56,924 nucleotides of DNA from a virus (Duplodnaviria > Caudoviricetes), in IMG/VR virus record IMGVR_UViG_3300045781_000081, positions 1 to 56,924 of that record; one strand, given 5' to 3'. Below the pieces are notes generated by a model that had not been told where the DNA came from, did no database searches, and saw nothing but the letters and a program-made list of their open reading frames with translations. Shown piece after piece: positions 18,769-28,078 of this stretch. Positions within the stretch are counted from its first letter, which is position 1. Every line of letters starts with the position of its first letter. The translations under genes and the position numbers were made by a program.

Positions 18769-20471
18769 TCTTCCACCTCCGCATACCCACCGAGCAGGAT
18801 CACCCGGCAGGCGTCACTGCACCTGATCTGCAATACCCGATCCCGCGCCTTACCCTGTCTGCGAAAAACTACACGTGTGTTGTACTGACCCGCGTTACCC
18901 ATCGACTTGATTTGCTCGTTACCGAACGTGTGTCCACCGTCCTTCGACCAACTTAGAGCCATCACCGGTGTGACTGCCGGGCCGGCGAAAACGACTTGCG
19001 GTGGTGCGGTGTAACCAGCTCCCGCCGCCGTCACGTTCACCCCGGTAATCTGACCGTTCGCCACGACCGCAGTTGCCGCCGCTCCCGCCCCGTTACCGTC
19101 CACCGGCACGAAAACGACCTGTGGTGCGGTTGAATAGTCGTAACCGGGCGTGACCACCGTAACCGACCAAACGCCGTCTGCCACCATGGTTGCGGTCGCG
19201 GTTGCCGGCACGACGGGTCCGTTGTTACCGACTCCGGTTTCCAAGTCTATCTGGAACTGAGAAATGAAAAAATTAGCAAGCGACTGTTTGTCGAAGATGT
19301 GCCCTGTCCGGCGCAGCCGAACTATCGGTAAACCGAAATCGGTACTGTAGTTGTCCGCCATCTGATAGATATTGCCCGATTGCCAGTCTCCTACCAGGTG
19401 CATATTGTTGAACCGAGCGTAGGAATTAGTTACGTGTCGGTTGACCTGATACGAGCTGTCGCCATAGGTGGACCTGTCATGCCATTTCTGCGTCGTCAGG
19501 TCGTAGACGAGCGTCTGGTTATCACCTGGTGAGGTGAACGCTATAAATGTATGACCACCTTCACTATAACTCCAGCCGAAAATATTTGGTATGCCGGTCC
19601 ACTGGCTCATTTGATAAATGATTGCCTGTGACGCAATGAACTGCGGTGTGTAGCCGTTGAGTATGACAGGACCGACGAATACTCCACCGTTATCAGTTTG
19701 CTGACAGGCCAACCAAATGGCGGCACCACCGGCCAAGACAAGTGACCAGGGTGACTGCGTACCGTAGGGAATGACTGCACCTTGGATGCGGTCGAAAGGC
19801 AGACCCACGGCGGTGCCGGTGGTGCCGGTGTCATAGAAAAATTCAGTATTGTATTGCTTGACGATCATCAGACCTTGTGGTAATCCGACCGCTGTCTGCA
19901 CATTGTCCTGTAGGAACTGAACGGCTTTATAGGCACTAGCACTCCATGACATTGCATCATACTGATCGCTGGCAGACACCATCATAGTGCCGTTGGTGAG
20001 AATTATGTAACCGTCTTGATATGCAAGATGTGTTGGATTGGAGGGAAAACCTGGCGACGTGACGGCGGCAAAAACATTGGTCACGATGTTGTAGACGTAC
20101 CCTGTTTGCCCGTCCACAACCAATATCTGGTTGCCACCGACACCTTGCGCCTGCACACCATTATCCATCATTGAAACACGCCCGGTAACGGTGCCGAGCG
20201 TGCCGAGCAAAGAGAATGTGCCGAGAGGCGACACGGCGTAAAGACCGGACCCGGAAACGACGAAAAGAGCGCCAGCAAAAGGTCGTTTACCACGAATCGG
20301 ACCACTACCGAGCGACTGCCATAACGCGCAGCCCGGCGTGCTAACAAGCGATATTTTGGCCTTACCCATCGGGTCGGTGTCGATTTCAGGGTAAAGATTG
20401 ACGGTACGGCTTGCATTGGCGGCTACGCTGCGTCCTGCACCCGTACCGTCGAGTATTGCCAATTCGGCCAT
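18765..20471 (-). CDS. Head-closure/tail hub protein (P22 gp10-like)
   Basis: NLYPE, TPG, GPIRG, YDLTTQKWH, WSKDGGHTF. Confidence 0.9.
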   Translation of the reverse strand: MAELAILDGTGAGRSVAANASRTVNLYPEIDTDPMGKAKISLVSTPGCALWQSLGSGPIRGKRPFAGALFVVSGSGLYAVSPLGTFSLLGTLGTVTGRVSMMDNGVQAQGVGGNQILVVDGQTGYVYNIVTNVFAAVTSPGFPSNPTHLAYQDGYIILTNGTMMVSASDQYDAMSWSASAYKAVQFLQDNVQTAVGLPQGLMIVKQYNTEFFYDTGTTGTAVGLPFDRIQGAVIPYGTQSPWSLVLAGGAAIWLACQQTDNGGVFVGPVILNGYTPQFIASQAIIYQMSQWTGIPNIFGWSYSEGGHTFIAFTSPGDNQTLVYDLTTQKWHDRSTYGDSSYQVNRHVTNSYARFNNMHLVGDWQSGNIYQMADNYSTDFGLPIVRLRRTGHIFDKQSLANFFISQFQIDLETGVGNNGPVVPATATATMVADGVWSVTVVTPGYDYSTAPQVVFVPVDGNGAGAAATAVVANGQITGVNVTAAGAGYTAPPQVVFAGPAVTPVMALSWSKDGGHTFGNEQIKSMGNAGQYNTRVVFRRQGKARDRVLQIRCSDACRVILLGGYAEVEE

Positions 20472-20481
20472 GTGGTTACCC

Positions 20482-21219
20482 CTATACGTCGTCGCCGTTC
20501 AGGATGTTGAAGGTGCTCTTTTTCATACCGGGCAGGTCCATACCGACCAGCAACTGCGTACTGTTCATCGACTTGATAACGTGCATCGACTCACGTGCAG
20601 CTCTCAGAATGTCGGCGGGTATCGCTGTGTTGTGACCGCGATACTCATGATACATTTCGACAGCGCCGTTGAACTTGATCGCACGGAGATAGAATGACTC
20701 CAGGGTGATCACATCAGTGGGGTTAACAAACTCGGTGAGCATTTTCTGCTCGGTGATGAACGCGGTGTAGGAGGTGGTCGCGTCGGGAATGTAATAAATA
20801 TTGACCATCCCGACCTGTGGATTCTGCTGGGTATAACCGGGGTCGAAGAAAAGAGCACAGGGTCGCCCTTGGGTGAACGACTTGTCCTCGCGGGCGTTGT
20901 ATTGGTCCTCGGTGTAGATGTCCAGCGGCGTGTCAATCGACTGGCTGTCACGTATGAACGCTTCGGGTATCGCCAGCGGTTTGCTGGTGTTCCAGGTCTG
21001 ACCGATCCCGATTGTGTACTGACCGACGTTGGCGGTCAGCGGAAAACTCTCTTGTATCAGCGCACGAATCATCAGCCGTTGCGCCGACCACGAATCGAGC
21101 ATGATGTTGTTCGCCTGCACGGCGGCATTGATCATGTCGGTGTCAGGTGTTTCACCGGGATCAACGACGCCGATTAGCCGTAACTGTGCCAGAACTATGT
21201 CCTGTACGGTTAGTTGCAT
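20482..21219 (-). CDS. Head-tail adaptor (P22 gp4-like)
   Basis: TVQDIV...LRLIGVV.PGETP...N.MLDSW. Confidence 0.85.
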   Translation of the reverse strand: MQLTVQDIVLAQLRLIGVVDPGETPDTDMINAAVQANNIMLDSWSAQRLMIRALIQESFPLTANVGQYTIGIGQTWNTSKPLAIPEAFIRDSQSIDTPLDIYTEDQYNAREDKSFTQGRPCALFFDPGYTQQNPQVGMVNIYYIPDATTSYTAFITEQKMLTEFVNPTDVITLESFYLRAIKFNGAVEMYHEYRGHNTAIPADILRAARESMHVIKSMNSTQLLVGMDLPGMKKSTFNILNGDDV

Positions 21220-21615
21220 TTAGACCGCCGGGGGCGCTTCGGGCGCGGGCGGCACGACGGGCGGTCGGCCCGGTTTGCCGGCCTTTTCCAGCGCGGAAAC
21301 CCTGCCGCTGACAGATGCGAGCAACTGCCCCTGCCCTTTGATCATTTCGGGGTTGGGCGCAGCGGCCCGCAGCTCGGCAACCTCTTTACGGAGCGCCGCG
21401 ACTTCGGCACGCAGGTCGTCCAGGCTGTCCGGGGTGAGCAGCACGACCGGCGCGACTTCTTCCGGTTCCTCGGGTTTCTCAACCGACCATCCCTGTAGAA
21501 TGTGGTACTCCAGCGACTCCAGGTTATCAACGCGGTACTCCGCGCCGCCTAGTTTGTAAATGGTTACGGGGAAATCGTAACCGAGCAAGTTTTCATCGTC
21601 GTCCTCGATCCGCAT
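21220..21615 (-). CDS. Hypothetical virion-associated protein, paralog B
   Basis: FPVTIYK...HILQGWSVE followed by a coiled coil. Confidence 0.7.
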   Translation of the reverse strand: MRIEDDDENLLGYDFPVTIYKLGGAEYRVDNLESLEYHILQGWSVEKPEEPEEVAPVVLLTPDSLDDLRAEVAALRKEVAELRAAAPNPEMIKGQGQLLASVSGRVSALEKAGKPGRPPVVPPAPEAPPAV

Positions 21616-21969
21616 TTACTTGCCCCCTTCCGGTGCGACGGGCGGCACCGCCTGGTCAGCCGCAGCAGGCTCGACGGGTGCAGTAGGCTCGACGGGTGCT
21701 GCCGGTTCGTGCAGGATCGCTTCAAGCGCAGCAACTCTGTTGGTCAGTTCGTTGAGCGAACACACCTGTTCATCCCTGAGCGAACACACCTGTTCAGCCA
21801 ATTCAACGAGTTTCTGGTTGCCCCATTTCTCGATGTCTGCGGCGGACAGGTCGGCAAGACTGGTTGCGGTTTCCACCGCCCACCCCTGACCTAAATGAAA
21901 GTCAAGAGCGGCCTGGTCGTACACGGAGTATTTGAACTCGCCTTTTTCGATGGTTACGGGAAATTCCAT
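21616..21969 (-). CDS. Hypothetical virion-associated protein, paralog A
   Basis: FPVTIEK...HLGQGWAVE followed by a coiled coil. Confidence 0.7.
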   Translation of the reverse strand: MEFPVTIEKGEFKYSVYDQAALDFHLGQGWAVETATSLADLSAADIEKWGNQKLVELAEQVCSLRDEQVCSLNELTNRVAALEAILHEPAAPVEPTAPVEPAAADQAVPPVAPEGGK

Positions 21970-21973
21970 GACG

Positions 21974-22129
21974 TTATTTCTCCCCTTTGATGTAGTCGGC
22001 GACGGTCGGCTCTTTTTTCTTTTTCTTACCGGCGGCGAACGGGTTTTTGGTTTTGCCGACCGCCGGTTTTTTAGCTTTGGCGACTTTCTTTTTCTTCTTG
22101 GATTCTTCCGTACCGAGCATGTTTTTCAT
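21974..22129 (-). CDS. Lys-rich 51-aa basic peptide
   Basis: MKNMLGTEESKKKKKVAKAKKPAVGK..., read by hand; fills the gap between neighbours. Confidence 0.65.
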   Translation of the reverse strand: MKNMLGTEESKKKKKVAKAKKPAVGKTKNPFAAGKKKKKEPTVADYIKGEK

Positions 22130-22134
22130 CGAGT

Positions 22135-23679
22135 TTATTCCTCCGTGAGTGCAACGTTAATTCCAAAACTGGCTGCGCCGAGTGCGCCCGAATCGTCGAT
22201 AGCTATACCGTTGGTTATACCCGCAGGAACAACCAAATCTTTCACCGTGCCAGGTGCGATACCTAATGGAGGCCACACCTGTAGTGGTGGTTGACTCGCC
22301 ACCGCAGTGGGCACCCAAAACTGATACGTGAACAGGGTTACGCCTGCCGTACCGTCGATGCCGGATGCGCGGGTGATACCCGAATACGCGGCGTCCGCAG
22401 CGTCTGCCGGGTACGGTGTGACGGCACCTGTGCTGCCGGCGGCGGACGTGCGTTTAATTGTCAACGTCCGCATACCCGGAGTAGTTTGCGCTCCTACGTT
22501 GGTAATGTAGATCGACCTGACCCGTGTCACCTTTACCACTCCTGACTCAACGGCAACCGCTTGAACCGCAGCAGTATTCGCTTGACCGGACGCGGAAAGA
22601 ATGTATGTCGGTTTATTGGAATTGTCAACTCTTATGCTCGCCGCCACATCCGATGCCGCTGAAATTACCGATGCAGGTTTCAAGGTCTGTTTGCGCCAGG
22701 CGTACTGACCATCACTGATCTGGATGTTGTTCTTGGCTGTGTCAGAGACGGAAACCGCATTGCTGGTGAGAGTTGCGGTCGTCGTGCCACCCTGCACAAC
22801 CAGATAAGCCGACGAAAGTGTGTCCACACTGAGCGCGGATTGCGCGAGGGAACTGGTGCAGACTGGCACGTCCGAATTGTCGATATTCCAGTAAATTTTG
22901 GTAGGACGGTAAAAAATCTGGTAATTGTGAGTCGTACTGTCTTTGGGTTGCACGCCAGTTCCGGTAGTTGCCGACAGGTCACAGACCGCAGTTCTTACGC
23001 CCGCCTGGTACACAGCAGCATACATCTTACCGTCCGTGTCCACCTCAAACACTGCGGCGTCGGTGAACGTGTTGGAACAGGCCGGGCAAGCCGTCGAACT
23101 CGGCACTGCCTGTACCTTGCCACCGCCCCACGCCATGTATGTGGACGCGACGACCGGGTAGGGAACAGCAATGTTGTTTGCGTACCTGATCCAGCCGGGT
23201 GTGCTCGACGTGAACGTAGGTTGGCTGGTCAGGTATGAGTACCCGTTTAACGTGGTACCGGTACCAAGTGTCAGGTTACCGGCGCTCTGTGACGCGGCGA
23301 CACCACCACCCCCCGACACTGCGGCGTTCCACCTGTTGGTGGTGTCCAAGGACGCACCATTGTCGAAAGGGTCTACAAAGAGTTGGTGCGGTTCATCCGT
23401 CACGCGCTGGTACCCGGCAGGGAAATTGGTACCGTATATCCCCGCTACGGATTGTGCCGGTGTCGTGCTGGTACTGAACAAAAACCCGTTGGTGTCGGTC
23501 CGCAGCAATCGCACATACGTTCCATCCGAACCACCGATCAGAACAGGATTAACTTTGGTTACCACACTGCCGTTCGCCGCTAAACCCTCCGCTCCCACGG
23601 TGTTTCCAACGTAATCGGACGCCGCCGCCGGCAACACCGCAACGACCAACAAACACAATAAAACCGATAACATTTTCAC
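22135..23679 (-). CDS. Beta-rich (lectin/ConA-like) putative virion-surface protein with signal peptide
   Basis: MKMLSVLLCLLVVAVLPAAA leader; D.FD..SLDTTNRW and HNYQIFYRP..IYW.ID patterns. Confidence 0.7.
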   Translation of the reverse strand: MKMLSVLLCLLVVAVLPAAASDYVGNTVGAEGLAANGSVVTKVNPVLIGGSDGTYVRLLRTDTNGFLFSTSTTPAQSVAGIYGTNFPAGYQRVTDEPHQLFVDPFDNGASLDTTNRWNAAVSGGGGVAASQSAGNLTLGTGTTLNGYSYLTSQPTFTSSTPGWIRYANNIAVPYPVVASTYMAWGGGKVQAVPSSTACPACSNTFTDAAVFEVDTDGKMYAAVYQAGVRTAVCDLSATTGTGVQPKDSTTHNYQIFYRPTKIYWNIDNSDVPVCTSSLAQSALSVDTLSSAYLVVQGGTTTATLTSNAVSVSDTAKNNIQISDGQYAWRKQTLKPASVISAASDVAASIRVDNSNKPTYILSASGQANTAAVQAVAVESGVVKVTRVRSIYITNVGAQTTPGMRTLTIKRTSAAGSTGAVTPYPADAADAAYSGITRASGIDGTAGVTLFTYQFWVPTAVASQPPLQVWPPLGIAPGTVKDLVVPAGITNGIAIDDSGALGAASFGINVALTEE

Positions 23680-23748
23680 GGTGTATACCTCCAGTAACTG
23701 ATTGCGATAGCGGTTGCGCTCAATACCAGGACGGTAAAGAGCGGTGAT

Positions 23749-24957
23749 TTAAAATAACTCCACATACCAGATTGACCCTGCGGTTTTGACGCGGGTTCCG
23801 AACACCTCGTTGACCGCCTGCATGACACCGGGCCAGGCCGGGCTGTAATCGTGACCACACACCAGGCGCTTCGCCTTGCTGGCGTACCCCTCAATGTCGG
23901 ATTTGCACCCTTCATAGGTATGTTCAGCGTCGATGAACACCATATCGACAGACGGCAGGTGGCCGGACATTTCCTTGCTGTCGCCGCGACAAACGGTGAG
24001 GTTCGCATAAGCACCGACATTTACCTGGAACTCCGCGAAAACGTCAGTTTTAGCCGCGTGATCCTCCAGAACACCGTTGCTCGACGGGTCATGACCGGTC
24101 CAGTTGTCAACAGCTACGACAGTGCCTGGGCACCCTTCCAGCAGTACCGTGGTGCTGCGTCCCTTCCACGATCCTATCTCGATCACGCTGCCCATTCTGG
24201 TGGCCTGCTCGTAGAGCCAAACCAGCTCGTCCAGGGTCATGTAACCGTCAACGCAGTTCGCCCGCTTCACCGCTTCCGGCAGGTCCATGAACTTCCGGGT
24301 ACCATCCATGAGGAATTCCTGGAAATTCCCCTCGTAACTGCGCCCGCCGGAATGCCCGAACGTGATGTTGGGTAAACACCACATTTCACCACCGAGTTTT
24401 TCCCACAGGTGACAGAAACCGTAGTCGTCACCGAACCAGCGCCCGTCCTTAACGAACGTGCCGAAAAAGTCATAGGTCGATTTTCCGGTGATGCCGTCCT
24501 TGTACTCCAGTTCCGGGTATGCCGCCTGCATCTGCTCGATTACCGACCGTGTGATCTTGAGGAAACCGGTCGCCAGGGAGTCAGCCAACAACACGCCGTT
24601 GTGATTGATCGGGTGATGATCCGCGTCAGTTTTCAGTCTGACGGCAAACTCCAGATTGTCCTGCTTTTTGGGATAGGCACCGCCGATAACTTCCTCCGGG
24701 GAATTGAGCAAGTCGCGGAATGCAGTAGCCGGGAAGTTCACGTCGGCGTCGATGAATACCATGTCGGTACATTCGGATGCCATGAAAGCGCGGGTCAGGT
24801 TGTTCCGTGCCATGGACACATACGGGCAGCCGACCTCAAATTTGAACTCAAACGGAATTTCCATCAGTAGCATTGCCTGCATGGCGTTCATCAGGCTCTG
24901 CACGGTCGGTGCAAAAACCTTTTTGTCGTAACACGGTACTGCCACAAATACTTTCAC
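23749..24957 (-). CDS. Glycosyltransferase (GT-A) fused to class I SAM methyltransferase (Methyltransf_24-like)
   Basis: VFVAVPCY, ARNNL, FIDAD, GDDYGFC; then IEIGSWKGRST, FIDAEHTYE, GHDY. Confidence 0.88.
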   Translation of the reverse strand: MKVFVAVPCYDKKVFAPTVQSLMNAMQAMLLMEIPFEFKFEVGCPYVSMARNNLTRAFMASECTDMVFIDADVNFPATAFRDLLNSPEEVIGGAYPKKQDNLEFAVRLKTDADHHPINHNGVLLADSLATGFLKITRSVIEQMQAAYPELEYKDGITGKSTYDFFGTFVKDGRWFGDDYGFCHLWEKLGGEMWCLPNITFGHSGGRSYEGNFQEFLMDGTRKFMDLPEAVKRANCVDGYMTLDELVWLYEQATRMGSVIEIGSWKGRSTTVLLEGCPGTVVAVDNWTGHDPSSNGVLEDHAAKTDVFAEFQVNVGAYANLTVCRGDSKEMSGHLPSVDMVFIDAEHTYEGCKSDIEGYASKAKRLVCGHDYSPAWPGVMQAVNEVFGTRVKTAGSIWYVELF

Positions 24958-25076
24958 AATTTTCTCCTTGGTGACGGGGTTTGTAATCGGACCCGCCGGC
25001 ACCCTCCACCCCGTCACAGGATAGAGGATACCGGGAGCCGATGCGTTACGGGGTCAGCGGAGCACCCCTTGGATAA
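24958..25076 (-). promoter_or_regulatory. Structured 5' leader with alternative pairings
   Basis: 18-bp hairpin with five G-U pairs; competing perfect 10-bp helix ending next to the RBS. Confidence 0.45.
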
Positions 25077-26744
25077 TTACTGCGAACCTTTCATTGCACC
25101 GATACCGGACTGCGCCAGGGTCTGCTGCATCTCGTTGACCAGGTTGACCAGGGCGTTACGGGCGGGTGCACCCGACAATGCTACCCAGCTACCCGGTGCG
25201 CCGCCGCCAGGTCCGACCGCATTGAAACAACCGATGGTGTAAATCTCGGTGTTCGGGGTGATCGCGGTTGCGGTGACGTTTTCAAAGGTAATCGCCAGGG
25301 TGTTGGCTGCCGAGATGCGGCAACCGGCGATTGCCAGGCCGGCCTGAAACGACGGCTTGTTGACGAACACCGTAGCGGGACTGGCGTTGACGAACGGCAG
25401 ACCAACGACGGTGAAAGTCTGCTCGGCGGTGGTGTTTGCCGCAACCGAGGTAGGCGTAATGCTGGCACGCAGCACGGTGAACGGGCTAATCGGTGTCTGG
25501 TTGAGTACGGTAACGCCGTAAATCTCGGTGGCGGACGGTGTGACTGCTGCGGCGGTCGGGTTGACGAATTGAATCTGCAACGTGTTTGCCGCCGAGATGC
25601 GCCCTGTACCGTTCAGTAGACCCACGGAAAGGGTCGGTTTCTGCACACCAACCGCGATGTCGGTAGCGAGCAGACCGCTGACAGTCAGTGTCTGTTCCGA
25701 CGAGGTGATGGTTGCTACGGACACCAGGCCGGTACCGACGACGCCGTAACTGGTAATCTGGTCAGCGGTGAGCATGGAATGCAGACCGACAACGGAGTAG
25801 GTTTCAGCGGCGGTCGGCGTAACCACGGCGGCGGTCGGGTTGACGAATGTGACCCCGATCTGGTTGATACCAGTCACCCTTGCGTTGCTGATCGCCACGC
25901 CTGCGTTGATAGTCGGTTTGGTGACCATGACAGCCATGCCGGGGGCGATGGTGTTACCTCCGAGGAACGTAACGGTCGGTGCGGTCACATACCCGGAGCC
26001 GGGGTTGGTGATCTGTACGCCGAGGATCGTACCGGTTGCGCTCATGATGGGTACGCCGGTCGCGCCGACGCCGACCGTGCCGATGTTCGGGAAAGGTACC
26101 GAGGGGTTGGCCGGGTTGACCGCCGGGTTGTTGAGTCCGTAGTTGAAGGACACGACCGGCGGGGTGGTGTAGTTGGACCCGGCGGCGGTGATCGTGACGC
26201 TGGTGACCTGCCCGCCGGAAATAGCGGCGGTACCGGTTGCGACGACCGGGACAAGGTTGAAAATCTGTTCCTGAGTGGTTGCCGCCGGCACGGGCGCGGG
26301 AGTCAGCGCCTGCTGGTGAACAGGGAAACCGCGCAGTACAGTCACGTTGTAGACCTGACTCGCGGTCGGGGTCAGGGTACCCGCCGAGGTGTTGGAAAGC
26401 GTCAGGAACATGGTGTTCGCCGCCGAGATTCGGGCACTATGAACACCGATACCCGCCTGTGCGGTCGGCTTGTTGACGGCTGCCACAAAGTCGGTGGCGA
26501 GCAGACCGTTGCCTGCGGTGGTGCCGACCGTCAGGGACTGCTCGGCAGTCGTCAGGGTGACGATGGCTGCCGGGGTCAGGGTCTGCTGGTAGGTGACAAC
26601 CTGCCCGCCGGCCAGGGGGTACAGAGGACCAGCGCAGGGATTGTTACGCTGGGGCACTTCGCCGCTGTTGTAGAGAGCTACCAGGTCGGTAGCGCCGTCG
26701 CCGAGGCTAACACCGTCGCCTCCGGTAAGAATATTTTTAGGCAT
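25077..26744 (-). CDS. Capsid decoration-like protein with four tandem repeats
   Basis: Repeats of LTP..V...TT.EQ...VNKPT.Q.G.....RISAANT..I.F.N.T; directly after the coat gene. Confidence 0.75.
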   Translation of the reverse strand: MPKNILTGGDGVSLGDGATDLVALYNSGEVPQRNNPCAGPLYPLAGGQVVTYQQTLTPAAIVTLTTAEQSLTVGTTAGNGLLATDFVAAVNKPTAQAGIGVHSARISAANTMFLTLSNTSAGTLTPTASQVYNVTVLRGFPVHQQALTPAPVPAATTQEQIFNLVPVVATGTAAISGGQVTSVTITAAGSNYTTPPVVSFNYGLNNPAVNPANPSVPFPNIGTVGVGATGVPIMSATGTILGVQITNPGSGYVTAPTVTFLGGNTIAPGMAVMVTKPTINAGVAISNARVTGINQIGVTFVNPTAAVVTPTAAETYSVVGLHSMLTADQITSYGVVGTGLVSVATITSSEQTLTVSGLLATDIAVGVQKPTLSVGLLNGTGRISAANTLQIQFVNPTAAAVTPSATEIYGVTVLNQTPISPFTVLRASITPTSVAANTTAEQTFTVVGLPFVNASPATVFVNKPSFQAGLAIAGCRISAANTLAITFENVTATAITPNTEIYTIGCFNAVGPGGGAPGSWVALSGAPARNALVNLVNEMQQTLAQSGIGAMKGSQ

Positions 26745-26798
26745 GGTTCGTTTCTCCTATGTTGATTGTGATCACATTTACTGCTGTGTCGCTACGGG

Positions 26799-28046
26799 TT
26801 ACCGGGTTACGCGGGCGGCGCACTGCGGACGGGTCGCCAGATACCCGTACAGTACGTCCAGGCGGGACAGGTACACGTTGTTGATGATGTCGAAGCCGCG
26901 CAGGATGCGGAGCGAAATACCTTCGGACACCTCGCGGTAGCACATGTCCATTCCTTTGGGGAGCGTCATGTCGCCGGTAACGAACGTGAACGCCGTCTTG
27001 TCGTAGGCGATGTTCTGCCCGTAGCTGGTGGACGCCGCACCCTGGAACACGACCGAACCGGCAACACCTGTGGTCGGAGAGGCGGTCACGTTGCTGTAGG
27101 GGTTTTGCACCGCCGGCAGCGCGATAACCGGTATGATCGCCGGGGAGATGTTGAGGGTGACGTTGCCGTTCGCGTCCGCCGTGTAAACATCCGTACCGTC
27201 GGCAGTGCCGGTCGCCACGAACTGCTGGAGCGAACCGAACGTCTGCTTGGTTTCCATGTGAACCTTGCTGCACCCCGTCATGGTGAAGACGGTCCCGCGT
27301 GTGATCGTTGCGCCTGCGGTGAAACCCGCAAGTAAGACGGTCGTGCCAGTCTGGTTCGCGCCGTTCACGTAGACGTTGGCGCTGCCGGCCATGGTGCCCG
27401 TGGTGTGGACCGGCACCAGTTCGTTCTCGTAGAAATCGAAGTTGGAAGCGCGACCCATGGTCCCTTCCAAGAACTGCTCTTCAATCGCCTTGACCGGGTT
27501 GAAAAAGTTGGTCATGCCGTTGCTCATGGCGGCACTGGTCACGGAGTCGAGCTGCACCTTGCGCCCCTTGCCTTTGGGTGCCAACGACTGGTTCAGCAGG
27601 GTCTTGGCGTTGAGGAACGGCAGGATACCAGCGGGAGTCGAACCGGCGGTGCCGGTGAACTGGTAGATGTCCTTGAACATCTGGAACGCGTCGGATTCCA
27701 TGTTGGCGATGATCGTCGCAACCGCCGGGTCCAGGACGCGCTCCGCGAAGTCCTCGATGTTCAGCGACAGGTCGGTGTCGGAAAAGTCCATGTCGGCACC
27801 GCCGATCTGGGACAGGACCAGGACAATGTTCTGCTCCTGCGTGCCCTGCATGTTGGAAACCGGGCCGCGCCGGTAATTGTACTGGTTCGGCAGACGAATC
27901 TTGAGTTGGTTGCCGATCTTGGCGTTTTCCTGACCGAACTGATCGTCATACTGGCGACCGATGGTCCCGATGAAGGTGGACTTATTGTGGAGGATCGCCA
28001 AGGACTTGCGGGTTATCTTAATATCCGTTAATAGTGCGTTAGCCAC
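26799..28046 (-). CDS. Major capsid protein (P22 coat family, HK97 fold)
   Basis: MAN.LLT...IT, KIG..L.IRLP, RLDVLYG...RP. Confidence 0.95.
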   Translation of the reverse strand: MANALLTDIKITRKSLAILHNKSTFIGTIGRQYDDQFGQENAKIGNQLKIRLPNQYNYRRGPVSNMQGTQEQNIVLVLSQIGGADMDFSDTDLSLNIEDFAERVLDPAVATIIANMESDAFQMFKDIYQFTGTAGSTPAGILPFLNAKTLLNQSLAPKGKGRKVQLDSVTSAAMSNGMTNFFNPVKAIEEQFLEGTMGRASNFDFYENELVPVHTTGTMAGSANVYVNGANQTGTTVLLAGFTAGATITRGTVFTMTGCSKVHMETKQTFGSLQQFVATGTADGTDVYTADANGNVTLNISPAIIPVIALPAVQNPYSNVTASPTTGVAGSVVFQGAASTSYGQNIAYDKTAFTFVTGDMTLPKGMDMCYREVSEGISLRILRGFDIINNVYLSRLDVLYGYLATRPQCAARVTR

Positions 28047-28078
28047 GGTTAATACTCCTTACGCCCGGTGCTGCCGGG

